Assembly: GCA_044226015.1 (NCBI GenBank)
Contig: JBGAHS010000005.1
Span: forward strand, 96,001-160,000
DNA: 64,000 nucleotides
Direction: 5' to 3'
Source: Candidatus Obscuribacteraceae bacterium
GTDB lineage: Bacteria > Cyanobacteriota > Vampirovibrionia > Obscuribacterales > Obscuribacteraceae
The position numbers and the translations under genes are program-made. Under the pieces are notes generated by a model. That model was given only the letters and a program-made list of their open reading frames with translations, searched no databases and was not told where the DNA came from. Position 1 is the stretch's first letter. Each line of letters opens with the position of its first letter. Shown one piece after another: positions 30,157 through 38,548 of the stretch.

Positions 30157-31623
30157 ATGTCCTGGTGGCAGAGTTTAGGATTGCCCGGTGCGCAAATAGA
30201 TAAGACCAGTGTGAGATTTCCCGTGGAAATCGAGCTAGTGCCTGAAGTGCTCAAGGCGCAGGTGCATTTGAGTACTTTTATTGTCGCTGACGATGAACTC
30301 ATATGCTGGACCTATGTTTCTGAGGGACTGCGTAAGATGGGGCAGAAGGAACTGGTCATTAGTCTTAGAAAACCAGTCGATGCTGCCGTTGGGGAGTTTC
30401 CGCAGGCGCCAGTCGAGTTTTTCAAGACTGTTTTTCAATACAGTGTTCGAAAAGAGTTTATTGATATTGGCAGCGTTTCCGATTTTGGTGAACCTGGATT
30501 TTTGACCAATGACTTTATTGGTGCGGCTTACATTAGAAGTCAATCACTTGGTGAATTTTTTCCGCCGGCTGAGAGTCTTGCAATGGTGCTTTTGACGAAA
30601 GACGAGATGGAGGCGGTTCAAATTGCTGGACTGACTCGAGTTCTGGCACTTCTTGGACGCGCCAATCTCCACTTCCCCTGTCCAGCCTGGAATGACCTCG
30701 CGCGCGTACCTGTTGTGTCATCAGAGCTATTATCGGTAATGAAAGAGAGCTTCATTTCGCAGATGCCAAGAATATTGGTTCGCGATTCCGGAGTAAGCTC
30801 GCTTGAGCGTGTCATCGATCTGCAATTGCCCTTATCTGCCAGGCATTATTTCAAACAGCTTGATGAGCTAGAGCGCCAGTCGCCTCTTTTACTTTTGTCT
30901 GATTTAGATGAGAGGGCTGATGCAGTTCTTGTCTTTCAAGAAGAACGTAAGGCTGCGCCGCTGGCTATTAGTGCGCCGGGGACTCCGGGAAGTCGCATCG
31001 CTGGTTCATTTATCTGCTTCGCTCCTGCGCAGCCTGGCGACCAGGGCATGATTATTGAAGATGGTTTCGCCCTATCGATGCGTGATGAAACCTGGAGTGA
31101 ATTAAAGAATAGTTTGGTTAATGGAAGTCCTTTCTATCTCTCCAGGCAGGAAGAGGGCTACGATTTTCGATTGAACTGGCATCAGGATGAACTGGCTGCA
31201 CCCGGACCGGAAACTATTGAGATAAGTGGGGTTGAGTTGGGCTGTCATGGCTCTAAGGCGCAAGACAGTTGTGCTGAGAAAACTTCGGTTCCTGCATATG
31301 CTACTGCTATCAATTTTCTGACTCACGAAAATGAAATCAGGCAATTAATCGAGATGGACGTTTTAAGACGTTATGTTGAGCACCTTGAGGATGTGGTGCG
31401 AGACCATTTCTTCTGTATGGGTGAATCAGACGGCTTCGATTTGAAGCTGGTTTGTACCATACTTCCGGAACGCAAAGCCGAATTCGAAGTGTCGAGCAGC
31501 CCAGTTATGGAGGCCGACGATGAAACAGATTTGCTCGATAGGCTCTCGATAACTTATGCGCCAGAGATACCTCAAGGCGCTATTAAATTGAATATGGAAA
31601 TCTGTGTTTGGGGCGGTAAATAA
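30157..31623 (+). CDS. Protein with SARA/endofin C-terminal-like (DUF3480-like) domain
   Basis: CWTYVSEGLRKMGQKELVISL; RVLALLG...FPCPAW; DERADAVLV; IAGSFICF; IIEDGFAL resemble recalled ZFYVE9/16 C-terminal motifs; GAGG RBS. Confidence 0.65.
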   Translation: MSWWQSLGLPGAQIDKTSVRFPVEIELVPEVLKAQVHLSTFIVADDELICWTYVSEGLRKMGQKELVISLRKPVDAAVGEFPQAPVEFFKTVFQYSVRKEFIDIGSVSDFGEPGFLTNDFIGAAYIRSQSLGEFFPPAESLAMVLLTKDEMEAVQIAGLTRVLALLGRANLHFPCPAWNDLARVPVVSSELLSVMKESFISQMPRILVRDSGVSSLERVIDLQLPLSARHYFKQLDELERQSPLLLLSDLDERADAVLVFQEERKAAPLAISAPGTPGSRIAGSFICFAPAQPGDQGMIIEDGFALSMRDETWSELKNSLVNGSPFYLSRQEEGYDFRLNWHQDELAAPGPETIEISGVELGCHGSKAQDSCAEKTSVPAYATAINFLTHENEIRQLIEMDVLRRYVEHLEDVVRDHFFCMGESDGFDLKLVCTILPERKAEFEVSSSPVMEADDETDLLDRLSITYAPEIPQGAIKLNMEICVWGGK

Positions 31624-31648
31624 GAGCAATTCTCGCGGGAGTTAATTC

Positions 31649-32875
31649 ATGAGCGTCAGTAAAACATGGACTGCTGCGGCATCTAACGCATTCATTGAAG
31701 AGTTTGAGCTGGGTCCCTGGGGAACAGGTTCCTTAAGCGGCTTGCAGTTTGTTGTTAGTGACATGATTGATATTGAAGATCGTGTTACCGGTTCGGGCAA
31801 CCCTACCTGGTTGGAAGGACGTGCTAATGCTGCTTGTAATGCACTGGCAGTCGATATATTGCTCGCCTCTGGTGCACAGTGCATCGGCAAAACAAAGACC
31901 GATGAATTTACCTTCAGTCTTTTGGGCGAAAGCAGTTTTTCTGAAACACCTGTGAATCCTCGTTGTGAGAATCGCGTTCCTGGTGGCTCTGCAGGTGGTG
32001 CCGCCTCCGCAGTTGCATGCAATCTGGTTCAATTTGGTATTGCGTTGGACAGTGGCGCTGCGGTGCAAGTTTCGGCAAATAATTGTGGCATCTATGGCTG
32101 GCGTCCCCGGCATGGTTCTGTTCCCATGGCTGGTGTGATACCAGTGGCGCCGTCATTTGATACAGTTGCTGTGGTGGCATCATCTGCCAAAAGTATTTTT
32201 CCTGTAGCTGAGCTATTCTCTTCAGCGAGTAATGAGTCCGTCAATAAAAGCATTGAAATATATGTTTTGACTGACGCCTGGGAGAAGGCTAATCAGCAGA
32301 TTAATGCAGTGCTGAAACAAGCTTTAACTAGTCTGGAATCAAATATTGCATTTAAATCGCGGCAAGTTAGCTTGAAGCAGATATGCACCGCAAATGGTGG
32401 CAATGAAATTCAAAATTGGTATCAAACCTACATTGAATTGTATTGTATGGAAGCCTGGAGTAGTTTGGGCACGTGGGTGGAGGATCGCAAGCCTCAGCTC
32501 GGTAAAGAAGCGAGAGTGAATGTACATCGTGCGCGCATGACCGATCGCAGCGAGTCTGCCAAACATTTTCGTAATCGTGAGATCTACTCGCGCGCTATCA
32601 ACTCTTATCTAGCGGATAAAAAGATCATTTGTTATCCATCGAGTGCCGAGCTGGCTCCGGTCAGAGGATTCATATCGAGCCCTGAAGACCCTGGTGCTTA
32701 TTACCCGAATACGTTGACTCTTGCTGCTATTTCTGCACTCGGACGATTGGCTACGCTCACCGTTCCCCTTGCAGAAAATGACGGCGTGCCAATTGGGCTT
32801 ACTTTCGCTGCGGCGAATGAAGCGATTTTGCTCGCACTTCTAAAAAACATGCAGTTGGTTGCAGAAAAAGTCTAG
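31649..32875 (+). CDS. Amidase-signature family protein, catalytic residues substituted
   Basis: LSGLQFVVSD, TGSGNPTW, GKTKTDEFTFSL, NPR..RVPGGSAGG, DSGAAVQ, APSFDTV. Confidence 0.88.
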   Translation: MSVSKTWTAAASNAFIEEFELGPWGTGSLSGLQFVVSDMIDIEDRVTGSGNPTWLEGRANAACNALAVDILLASGAQCIGKTKTDEFTFSLLGESSFSETPVNPRCENRVPGGSAGGAASAVACNLVQFGIALDSGAAVQVSANNCGIYGWRPRHGSVPMAGVIPVAPSFDTVAVVASSAKSIFPVAELFSSASNESVNKSIEIYVLTDAWEKANQQINAVLKQALTSLESNIAFKSRQVSLKQICTANGGNEIQNWYQTYIELYCMEAWSSLGTWVEDRKPQLGKEARVNVHRARMTDRSESAKHFRNREIYSRAINSYLADKKIICYPSSAELAPVRGFISSPEDPGAYYPNTLTLAAISALGRLATLTVPLAENDGVPIGLTFAAANEAILLALLKNMQLVAEKV

Positions 32876-32890
32876 GACAGGTACTGTCTC

Positions 32891-33676
32891 TTAGTGAGTA
32901 ATTTTCTTGCTTACTCTGTCGATGCACTCTTGCAGTGATTCTTGAAACTTTGGATCGGCTTTCTCTTGCTTTCTAGCAGAATCGAGTGCCTGTTGATACT
33001 GAGTTTTTGCAACAAGCAAATTACCGGTCTTCTCGTTTGCCTGAGCCTGTTCGTAAAGTTCGAGAGCCTTTCCATCGCGTTTGAATTCACTTTTTGGTTT
33101 TGGTGCAACGACCATTTCTCCCATTTGGAATTTGCCGCCCTTGTTAACATCTTGCTTCTTGGAACCAGTGCCGCATTCGCCTCCCATCATTATTTTCTTT
33201 CCTGCGCCGTTTCCTGGAGGCGGCAGAGCAATAGCCCCACCAGTCATAACTGGTCGTGGTCCAGAGGGCGTATTATGCGGAATGCTCGGTTTACCATCAA
33301 CAGCAATCGGCTCTTCGTTTTTGATTTCAGCTGATTGCGCGTATGCGCCGCCTTTTGATGAAGGAACAAACGCAAGAATAGATGCTGCAGCACCAGCGAT
33401 GAGTTTATAAATCATTCGAGCACGATTCCGCAGCGCTCGCAGCCCTACGGGGCAGTTGTCGGTCATTACTTTGCCATCTGCTCTTCGATATAGCCTTACG
33501 CATTGAGAAGTACCATTCTCTTCCAAAAATGTTTGTGCTTCCCCTGCAGTCATATCTGATAAATTGTAGACGTTTTTCGAGCACGAAGAGCAAAAGCGCA
33601 CACGCTCGTCACCTGGCATTTGTTCCCACGAAATTGGGCACGGTGCGGCAATAACAACTCGATTTAGTTCGTCCAT
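32891..33676 (-). CDS. Hypothetical protein with N-terminal Cys-rich domain and TM/signal segment (paralog 1)
   Basis: IAAPCPISWEQM..RVRFCSSCSKNVYNLSDM..CVRLYRRADGKVMTDNCP. Confidence 0.85.
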   Translation of the reverse strand: MDELNRVVIAAPCPISWEQMPGDERVRFCSSCSKNVYNLSDMTAGEAQTFLEENGTSQCVRLYRRADGKVMTDNCPVGLRALRNRARMIYKLIAGAAASILAFVPSSKGGAYAQSAEIKNEEPIAVDGKPSIPHNTPSGPRPVMTGGAIALPPPGNGAGKKIMMGGECGTGSKKQDVNKGGKFQMGEMVVAPKPKSEFKRDGKALELYEQAQANEKTGNLLVAKTQYQQALDSARKQEKADPKFQESLQECIDRVSKKITH

Positions 33677-33729
33677 ATTCTCTCCAGTGTTGGTGCGTCT
33701 AAAGTTCGTTTAGTGCATATCAACGATGA

Positions 33730-34635
33730 TCAGCTCATCATCTTGTTTTTCAAATTTTTCAACGAACGATTCATCAGATTTAGGAAGTTCGGATCCCCTT
33801 GATATTGTTGCTGCGCAGCGATAACTGCTTCCTGATATTGCAAGAGCGCCAGAAGCTGGTTTCCTTGAGTTTCATTTTCTTGCGCCATTTTGAATATGTC
33901 GTAAGCGCGTGAATCTGCTTTAGTTTTTTCTTTCTTCGATTCTTTGCTCTGTGGTGCCGGGGGTGTTTGTTCTTTCGCACTTGGAGCTGAGGATCCCGGT
34001 TTGCTCGCTGAAGGCTGCGTGCTCGGGGTGCCCAGCTGGGGAGCTGGGCTGTGGGTGGCATTAGAGTTCGATCTTGGAGCCACCATTTTTCCCATTACCA
34101 CGTGCTTTCGTTGGTTCGGAGCTGCTTCTTTTGTGTCGTTTGAATTGCACTCTCCACCCAGCATAATCTTTGGATTCTTGCGTGCATTTGGCATCGCGAC
34201 GTTACCTTTTGTCTCGACCGTTCCTGTCGGGGGAATGTAGACGTCTCCACGCAATTCCTGGTGCTGCTGTCTTGATTGGTCTGGTGATTGTGGATTGGCT
34301 TGTTGCGCGCCGGCTTTCCCTGGAATGAACGCGAAAATCGCTGCTGCAATACCTGCCCCCAGTTTTATGCCGGTCATGATTCTGTTTCTGACAAGGCGAA
34401 GACCCTTTGGGCAGTTGTCTGTCATCATCTTGCCGTCAGTTCGTCTGAAAATCCTTATGCACTCCGTGCTTCCGTTTTTCTCGAAGAACTCATTTGCTTC
34501 TGCATCGGTCATATCTGCGATGTTGTAAACGTTCTTGTTGCAGCCACTGCAATGTCTAACTCTGTCATCACCATTCATGTTGTCCCATGAAATAGGGCAA
34601 GGTGCTGCAATTACAACTTCGTCCAGTATTGCCAT
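33730..34635 (-). CDS. Hypothetical protein with N-terminal Cys-rich domain and TM/signal segment (paralog 2)
   Basis: IAAPCPISWDNM..RVRHCSGCNKNVYNIADM..CIRIFRRTDGKMMTDNCP. Confidence 0.85.
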   Translation of the reverse strand: MAILDEVVIAAPCPISWDNMNGDDRVRHCSGCNKNVYNIADMTDAEANEFFEKNGSTECIRIFRRTDGKMMTDNCPKGLRLVRNRIMTGIKLGAGIAAAIFAFIPGKAGAQQANPQSPDQSRQQHQELRGDVYIPPTGTVETKGNVAMPNARKNPKIMLGGECNSNDTKEAAPNQRKHVVMGKMVAPRSNSNATHSPAPQLGTPSTQPSASKPGSSAPSAKEQTPPAPQSKESKKEKTKADSRAYDIFKMAQENETQGNQLLALLQYQEAVIAAQQQYQGDPNFLNLMNRSLKNLKNKMMS

Positions 34636-34829
34636 GTTAAATCTCCGAATCGCTCTGTTTCGAATATAGTTGAGTTATTCCTCGGACACTACCGGAAAAT
34701 CACACAAGGAATCTAGGGTTAATCCTGAAAGCCGTGGCAGATTAAATCAATGAGCGGGGGCAAAGGTCTTGTGGTACAAGAGACATATAGAATCTCCTGC
34801 TTGCTGAACCCATAGATGGTTGCCATTTA

Positions 34830-35777
34830 ATGCGAAAACTCTCGCACCTTAAGTTTGTATTGTCTGCATCGCTTGTTCTGGCGTTTTGTTCGAGCAGTGT
34901 TATGGCCATGAATGCACAGGACAAGTTGGGTTCTGTGGAGATGATTATTGTAGGAAATAAAAATTCAAAAGCGCCAATCGAAGTGCGAATTAAATCCCTG
35001 GAAATAAAAGTATTTGGCAAAGCTCAATCAGGCAATCTTAGTTCAAGAATAAGCTCGCTGGAAAAATTCGCTGGATGCGAAAACAGTAGTGACTCAATGC
35101 CTGTGACAGCTCCTCCGATAAGGCATGACGAGCCAGTTGCTCACTCAAGTTCTGTCAAGAAAGTCCCCGAGTTGAGAGGCTCGAAAAAGACTAATGAGCC
35201 TTTGGATTCAAGATTGGAGGCTGCAGTAAAGTTGCATCATAATGGAAAGACTTTCGAGGCCGAACAGTCGCTGAGAAAGATTCTTGAGGAAAACCCAAAA
35301 AACGCCGATGCCTTTTTCAGTTTGGGTGCTATTGCTGAATCACGCGGTGATTTTCGCGCGGCATTGGAGTACTACACTACTGCAATGCAATACAACCCAA
35401 ATGATTCTGAAGCCAAAGATGCCGTTGCCGATTTGAGCAGGCGGCTGACAAGTCAACAGAGCAGTGCTGAGCAACCCGTGTTCTCCAATCCTCTTGCTGC
35501 CACTGTGCCACCTCCCGAGCCTAGCGCACCTGGTGTTCCGGTTCTGCAAGGGCGCGCGTGGGATGTGAATGCGAATGCTAATGCTAATGCCTCACCCGAT
35601 AGATTTCGGGGGCATGCACCACTTTCGGTGACTTTACCTACTGTTCCTACGGCAAATGTAAGCCAGAATGGTAGACCTAATACATTTGCACGAGCGCTGA
35701 CTCGAGCCGCTGTCGGAGCAGCATTGAGTGGAACGGGGCTACATTGCCCGATGTGTCACATCCTGAATGGATTTTGA
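34830..35777 (+). CDS. Secreted TPR protein with C-terminal CxxCH
   Basis: Signal peptide; TPR NPKNADAFFSLGAIAESRGDFRAALEYY; ends GLHCPMCHILNGF. Confidence 0.82.
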   Translation: MRKLSHLKFVLSASLVLAFCSSSVMAMNAQDKLGSVEMIIVGNKNSKAPIEVRIKSLEIKVFGKAQSGNLSSRISSLEKFAGCENSSDSMPVTAPPIRHDEPVAHSSSVKKVPELRGSKKTNEPLDSRLEAAVKLHHNGKTFEAEQSLRKILEENPKNADAFFSLGAIAESRGDFRAALEYYTTAMQYNPNDSEAKDAVADLSRRLTSQQSSAEQPVFSNPLAATVPPPEPSAPGVPVLQGRAWDVNANANANASPDRFRGHAPLSVTLPTVPTANVSQNGRPNTFARALTRAAVGAALSGTGLHCPMCHILNGF

Positions 35778-35778
35778 T

Positions 35779-36204
35779 ATGTTCAAGCTGCTTCCAGTTG
35801 TTGCTATCGTTCTTGCTTCGATTTCGCTGCTCTCACAAACTGCGAGGGCAGAACAAACCGAGCATAAAATTCGAATTAGTCGTCCACAGTCAAACGAAGT
35901 GCATGCTGCGCTTGACGCTAAACCTGCCGTTAAGTCTAACGTAGGTGGGTTGAGCACGAGGTGGTGGCGAAAATTCAAAAATCCATCTTTTTGCCCGTAT
36001 ATGATCTGCGGTAGTTCGTGTGCAGACATTTCAGGCATGCCTCGAATTGGCTCATATAGTCAGGACGAGCTGATGTCTGGCGATACTCCCTGCGGCTTGA
36101 AGGAGTTGAATGCTCTCGAGAAGCCAGCGTCTTGCTGCATGCCTGATACTGTTGATCATTCTTATTCCTGCCCAGAAGAAAGCTGTACTGAGGCGCAAAA
36201 ATAG
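35779..36204 (+). CDS. Small secreted Cys-rich protein
   Basis: Signal peptide MFKLLPVV...ARA; eight Cys in C-terminal half. Confidence 0.6.
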   Translation: MFKLLPVVAIVLASISLLSQTARAEQTEHKIRISRPQSNEVHAALDAKPAVKSNVGGLSTRWWRKFKNPSFCPYMICGSSCADISGMPRIGSYSQDELMSGDTPCGLKELNALEKPASCCMPDTVDHSYSCPEESCTEAQK

Positions 36205-36306
36205 TCAATCGACTATCCCCACCGATGGTGGCAGTCAAGGGTAGACTCTTAGATTGTTTGTCATCATAATGGTGTCAAAAGCGATACCATTAAAGTGGAT
36301 TTGGCG

Positions 36307-37077
36307 ATGAACAAAAACAGACTTAAACAGCTCACTATCATGCCCTTTATTGCGGCTCTTTCTGCGTGCACCGTAATCGACCCTGGTGAAGTTGGTGTCA
36401 AAGTGAGCATGGGGAAAATGGATCGTGATTTAATGAAATCCGGCATGCATTTCATAGTTCCTGGCGTTGATTCAGTATTTCGGTATTCAAACAAACAAGA
36501 GACTGTCGCAGGTTCGGCGGTGCCCTTAACTAGTGACCAGCAGCCCATCACCTTGCAATATAAGGTGCTGTTCAATCTTCCCGAGGGAGAAGTTTTGACT
36601 CTCTACGAAAAATACTCGGGAGACCCCTATCAGAAGTTGGTCGACCCTCAGATCCAGGAAGCTTTCAGGCAAGTGGTGGCGCAATACAAGGCAGATCAGG
36701 CAACAAAGAATGTTAACACCATAAAAAATCAAGTTTTGTCTTTGACCAGAGAGAATGTGAAAGGGCTCGTCAATGTGACGGATATTCCAATAACACATGT
36801 TGACCTGCCTGAGGTATTGCAGCAAGCTATCGCACAAAAGCAAGTAATGGAGCAGCAAGCACTTCAGAAACAGTATGAATTAGATAAAGCTCGTAAGGAG
36901 GCAGAAATTACCGTTGCTGCCGCTGAGGCACAAGCCAAGTCGATTCAACTTCAGAGTGATGCATTGCAAAAATCGCCCCAACTAATTGAGTACGAAAAAG
37001 TAAAGCGATGGGACGGCAAGCTTCCCAACACTGTCATCAGTGGTGGCTCTAACGGAACAATGTTTCAATTGAAGTAA
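36307..37077 (+). CDS. SPFH/prohibitin family (lipo)protein
   Basis: LSAC lipobox; IDPGEVGVKV; AIAQKQ..EQ coiled coil; RWDGKLP. Confidence 0.9.
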   Translation: MNKNRLKQLTIMPFIAALSACTVIDPGEVGVKVSMGKMDRDLMKSGMHFIVPGVDSVFRYSNKQETVAGSAVPLTSDQQPITLQYKVLFNLPEGEVLTLYEKYSGDPYQKLVDPQIQEAFRQVVAQYKADQATKNVNTIKNQVLSLTRENVKGLVNVTDIPITHVDLPEVLQQAIAQKQVMEQQALQKQYELDKARKEAEITVAAAEAQAKSIQLQSDALQKSPQLIEYEKVKRWDGKLPNTVISGGSNGTMFQLK

Positions 37078-37302
37078 CTTCTTCGGGGGCGAGCTTAATT
37101 CTTATCTTGGTGAAACCTTTATTCTGAACTTTGTGCTGAGCATAGTCCTGAGTTAAGCCTTGAGCTTAGCCTGATCGTAGTGATGGTAGCTTAGTCCTGG
37201 GATGCTTGAGAAAAGCTTCAATAAACCTGAAATGTACGACCATGCCGAGATGGTTAAGCCTCACTAAGCCTGCAGGTGCAAAATCCTGCCTGATCGGCTA
37301 AA

Positions 37303-38547
37303 ATGCTTCTTCAGCATAGTTTTGTGGGCGCCTTTATGAGCTTTTTTATCAGGTTCGAGTCTGCTTTGCCGCTGGCAGCAGCATCTTTGGTGTTTTTGCT
37401 TAGCTCTTCTTTCTCTCCAGCCTTTGCAAACTCACCTAAACAAGCGGTAGTTAGCAGCTCTAGCGCACTCTCATCGCATACTGATCAGCTTGTTCAGCTT
37501 GTCCAGGTCTATCTGCAGAATGCCGGGCGATGGTCACCCATGCCTCAAGGTGCTGACATGCAGCTGTGTCAAGCATTGCAAGATTTCCAGAAGAAAGTGA
37601 AGACTTTGCGGAATGATGCAAATGGTTCCTTCCGGACAGCACAGTCTGATTTGCAAAATCTACAATTTCAGTCCCAGGTTCTTGAACAACTTTTGAACAA
37701 GCAGGTAAGTTCGCCAGTGGTGGGTACAGGGTGGCTGCAAGTGCGCAATGACTTGTTGAGCATCAGTCAAAGTATGACCCTACCTATGGGCGTGATGGAT
37801 GCCGATGCTTACTACGAAGGAAGAAGCATTTCAAACGGTTACGTTCCGAATGGCTACAATCCGAATGGTGTAGCGCCTAATCCCTTCGCTGGAAACATGG
37901 TGCCAGGTGCTGTGGTACCAGGTACAGTGCTTCCAAATGGTATGCCGGTTGGCGGCGTCTCTCCGTTCGGGTATAACCCTACCAACATAAACATCACTGA
38001 AAACAGTACATTCGACCCCCGTCCCAGTTTTCAGGGAAATTTCAATAATTTTGGTTCATTTCAAAACGGCTATGGCGGTTTCGGCGGCCCGGGAAACTAT
38101 GGGAATATGCCTAACAATTACGGTGGAATGCAAAACAATTTCGCCAATAACCCCCATGCGAATATGTCGAATGTTAGCTCTTCGTTAGCATCTGCTGATG
38201 AGCAGTCCGAGCGCTTCGTTAAACAGCTGACCAAGTTTTTGCAAATGAGAGGGCAATGGCCGCCAACAGGAGGCACACCAGCCATGGTGCTTTGTCAGAA
38301 TGTTCAATCGTTTCAACAGCAGCTTCGTAAGCTAAATTCAGATATGAGATCAAATCAGTCTTATGCTGTATTGCAAACCGAAATGCAGCAGTTGGGAGCT
38401 GTTTCCCAATCAATCGACCAACAACTTATGCAAACTGGTGTCACAGCTGATGTAAGTGGTCGCTGGAATGAGGTGAGAACATCGATGAATTCTGCGTACC
38501 AGTTATTTTATTCAGCAGGTTCTAATGGCTACATGTGGATGAGGTAA
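37303..38547 (+). CDS. Secreted hypothetical protein with internally duplicated helical domain
   Basis: Signal peptide; YLQNAGRWSP..LCQ..W..VR and FLQMRGQWPP..LCQ..W..VR repeats; start may be ATG 37336. Confidence 0.75.
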   Translation: MLLQHSFVGAFMSFFIRFESALPLAAASLVFLLSSSFSPAFANSPKQAVVSSSSALSSHTDQLVQLVQVYLQNAGRWSPMPQGADMQLCQALQDFQKKVKTLRNDANGSFRTAQSDLQNLQFQSQVLEQLLNKQVSSPVVGTGWLQVRNDLLSISQSMTLPMGVMDADAYYEGRSISNGYVPNGYNPNGVAPNPFAGNMVPGAVVPGTVLPNGMPVGGVSPFGYNPTNINITENSTFDPRPSFQGNFNNFGSFQNGYGGFGGPGNYGNMPNNYGGMQNNFANNPHANMSNVSSSLASADEQSERFVKQLTKFLQMRGQWPPTGGTPAMVLCQNVQSFQQQLRKLNSDMRSNQSYAVLQTEMQQLGAVSQSIDQQLMQTGVTADVSGRWNEVRTSMNSAYQLFYSAGSNGYMWMR

Positions 38548-38548
38548 G

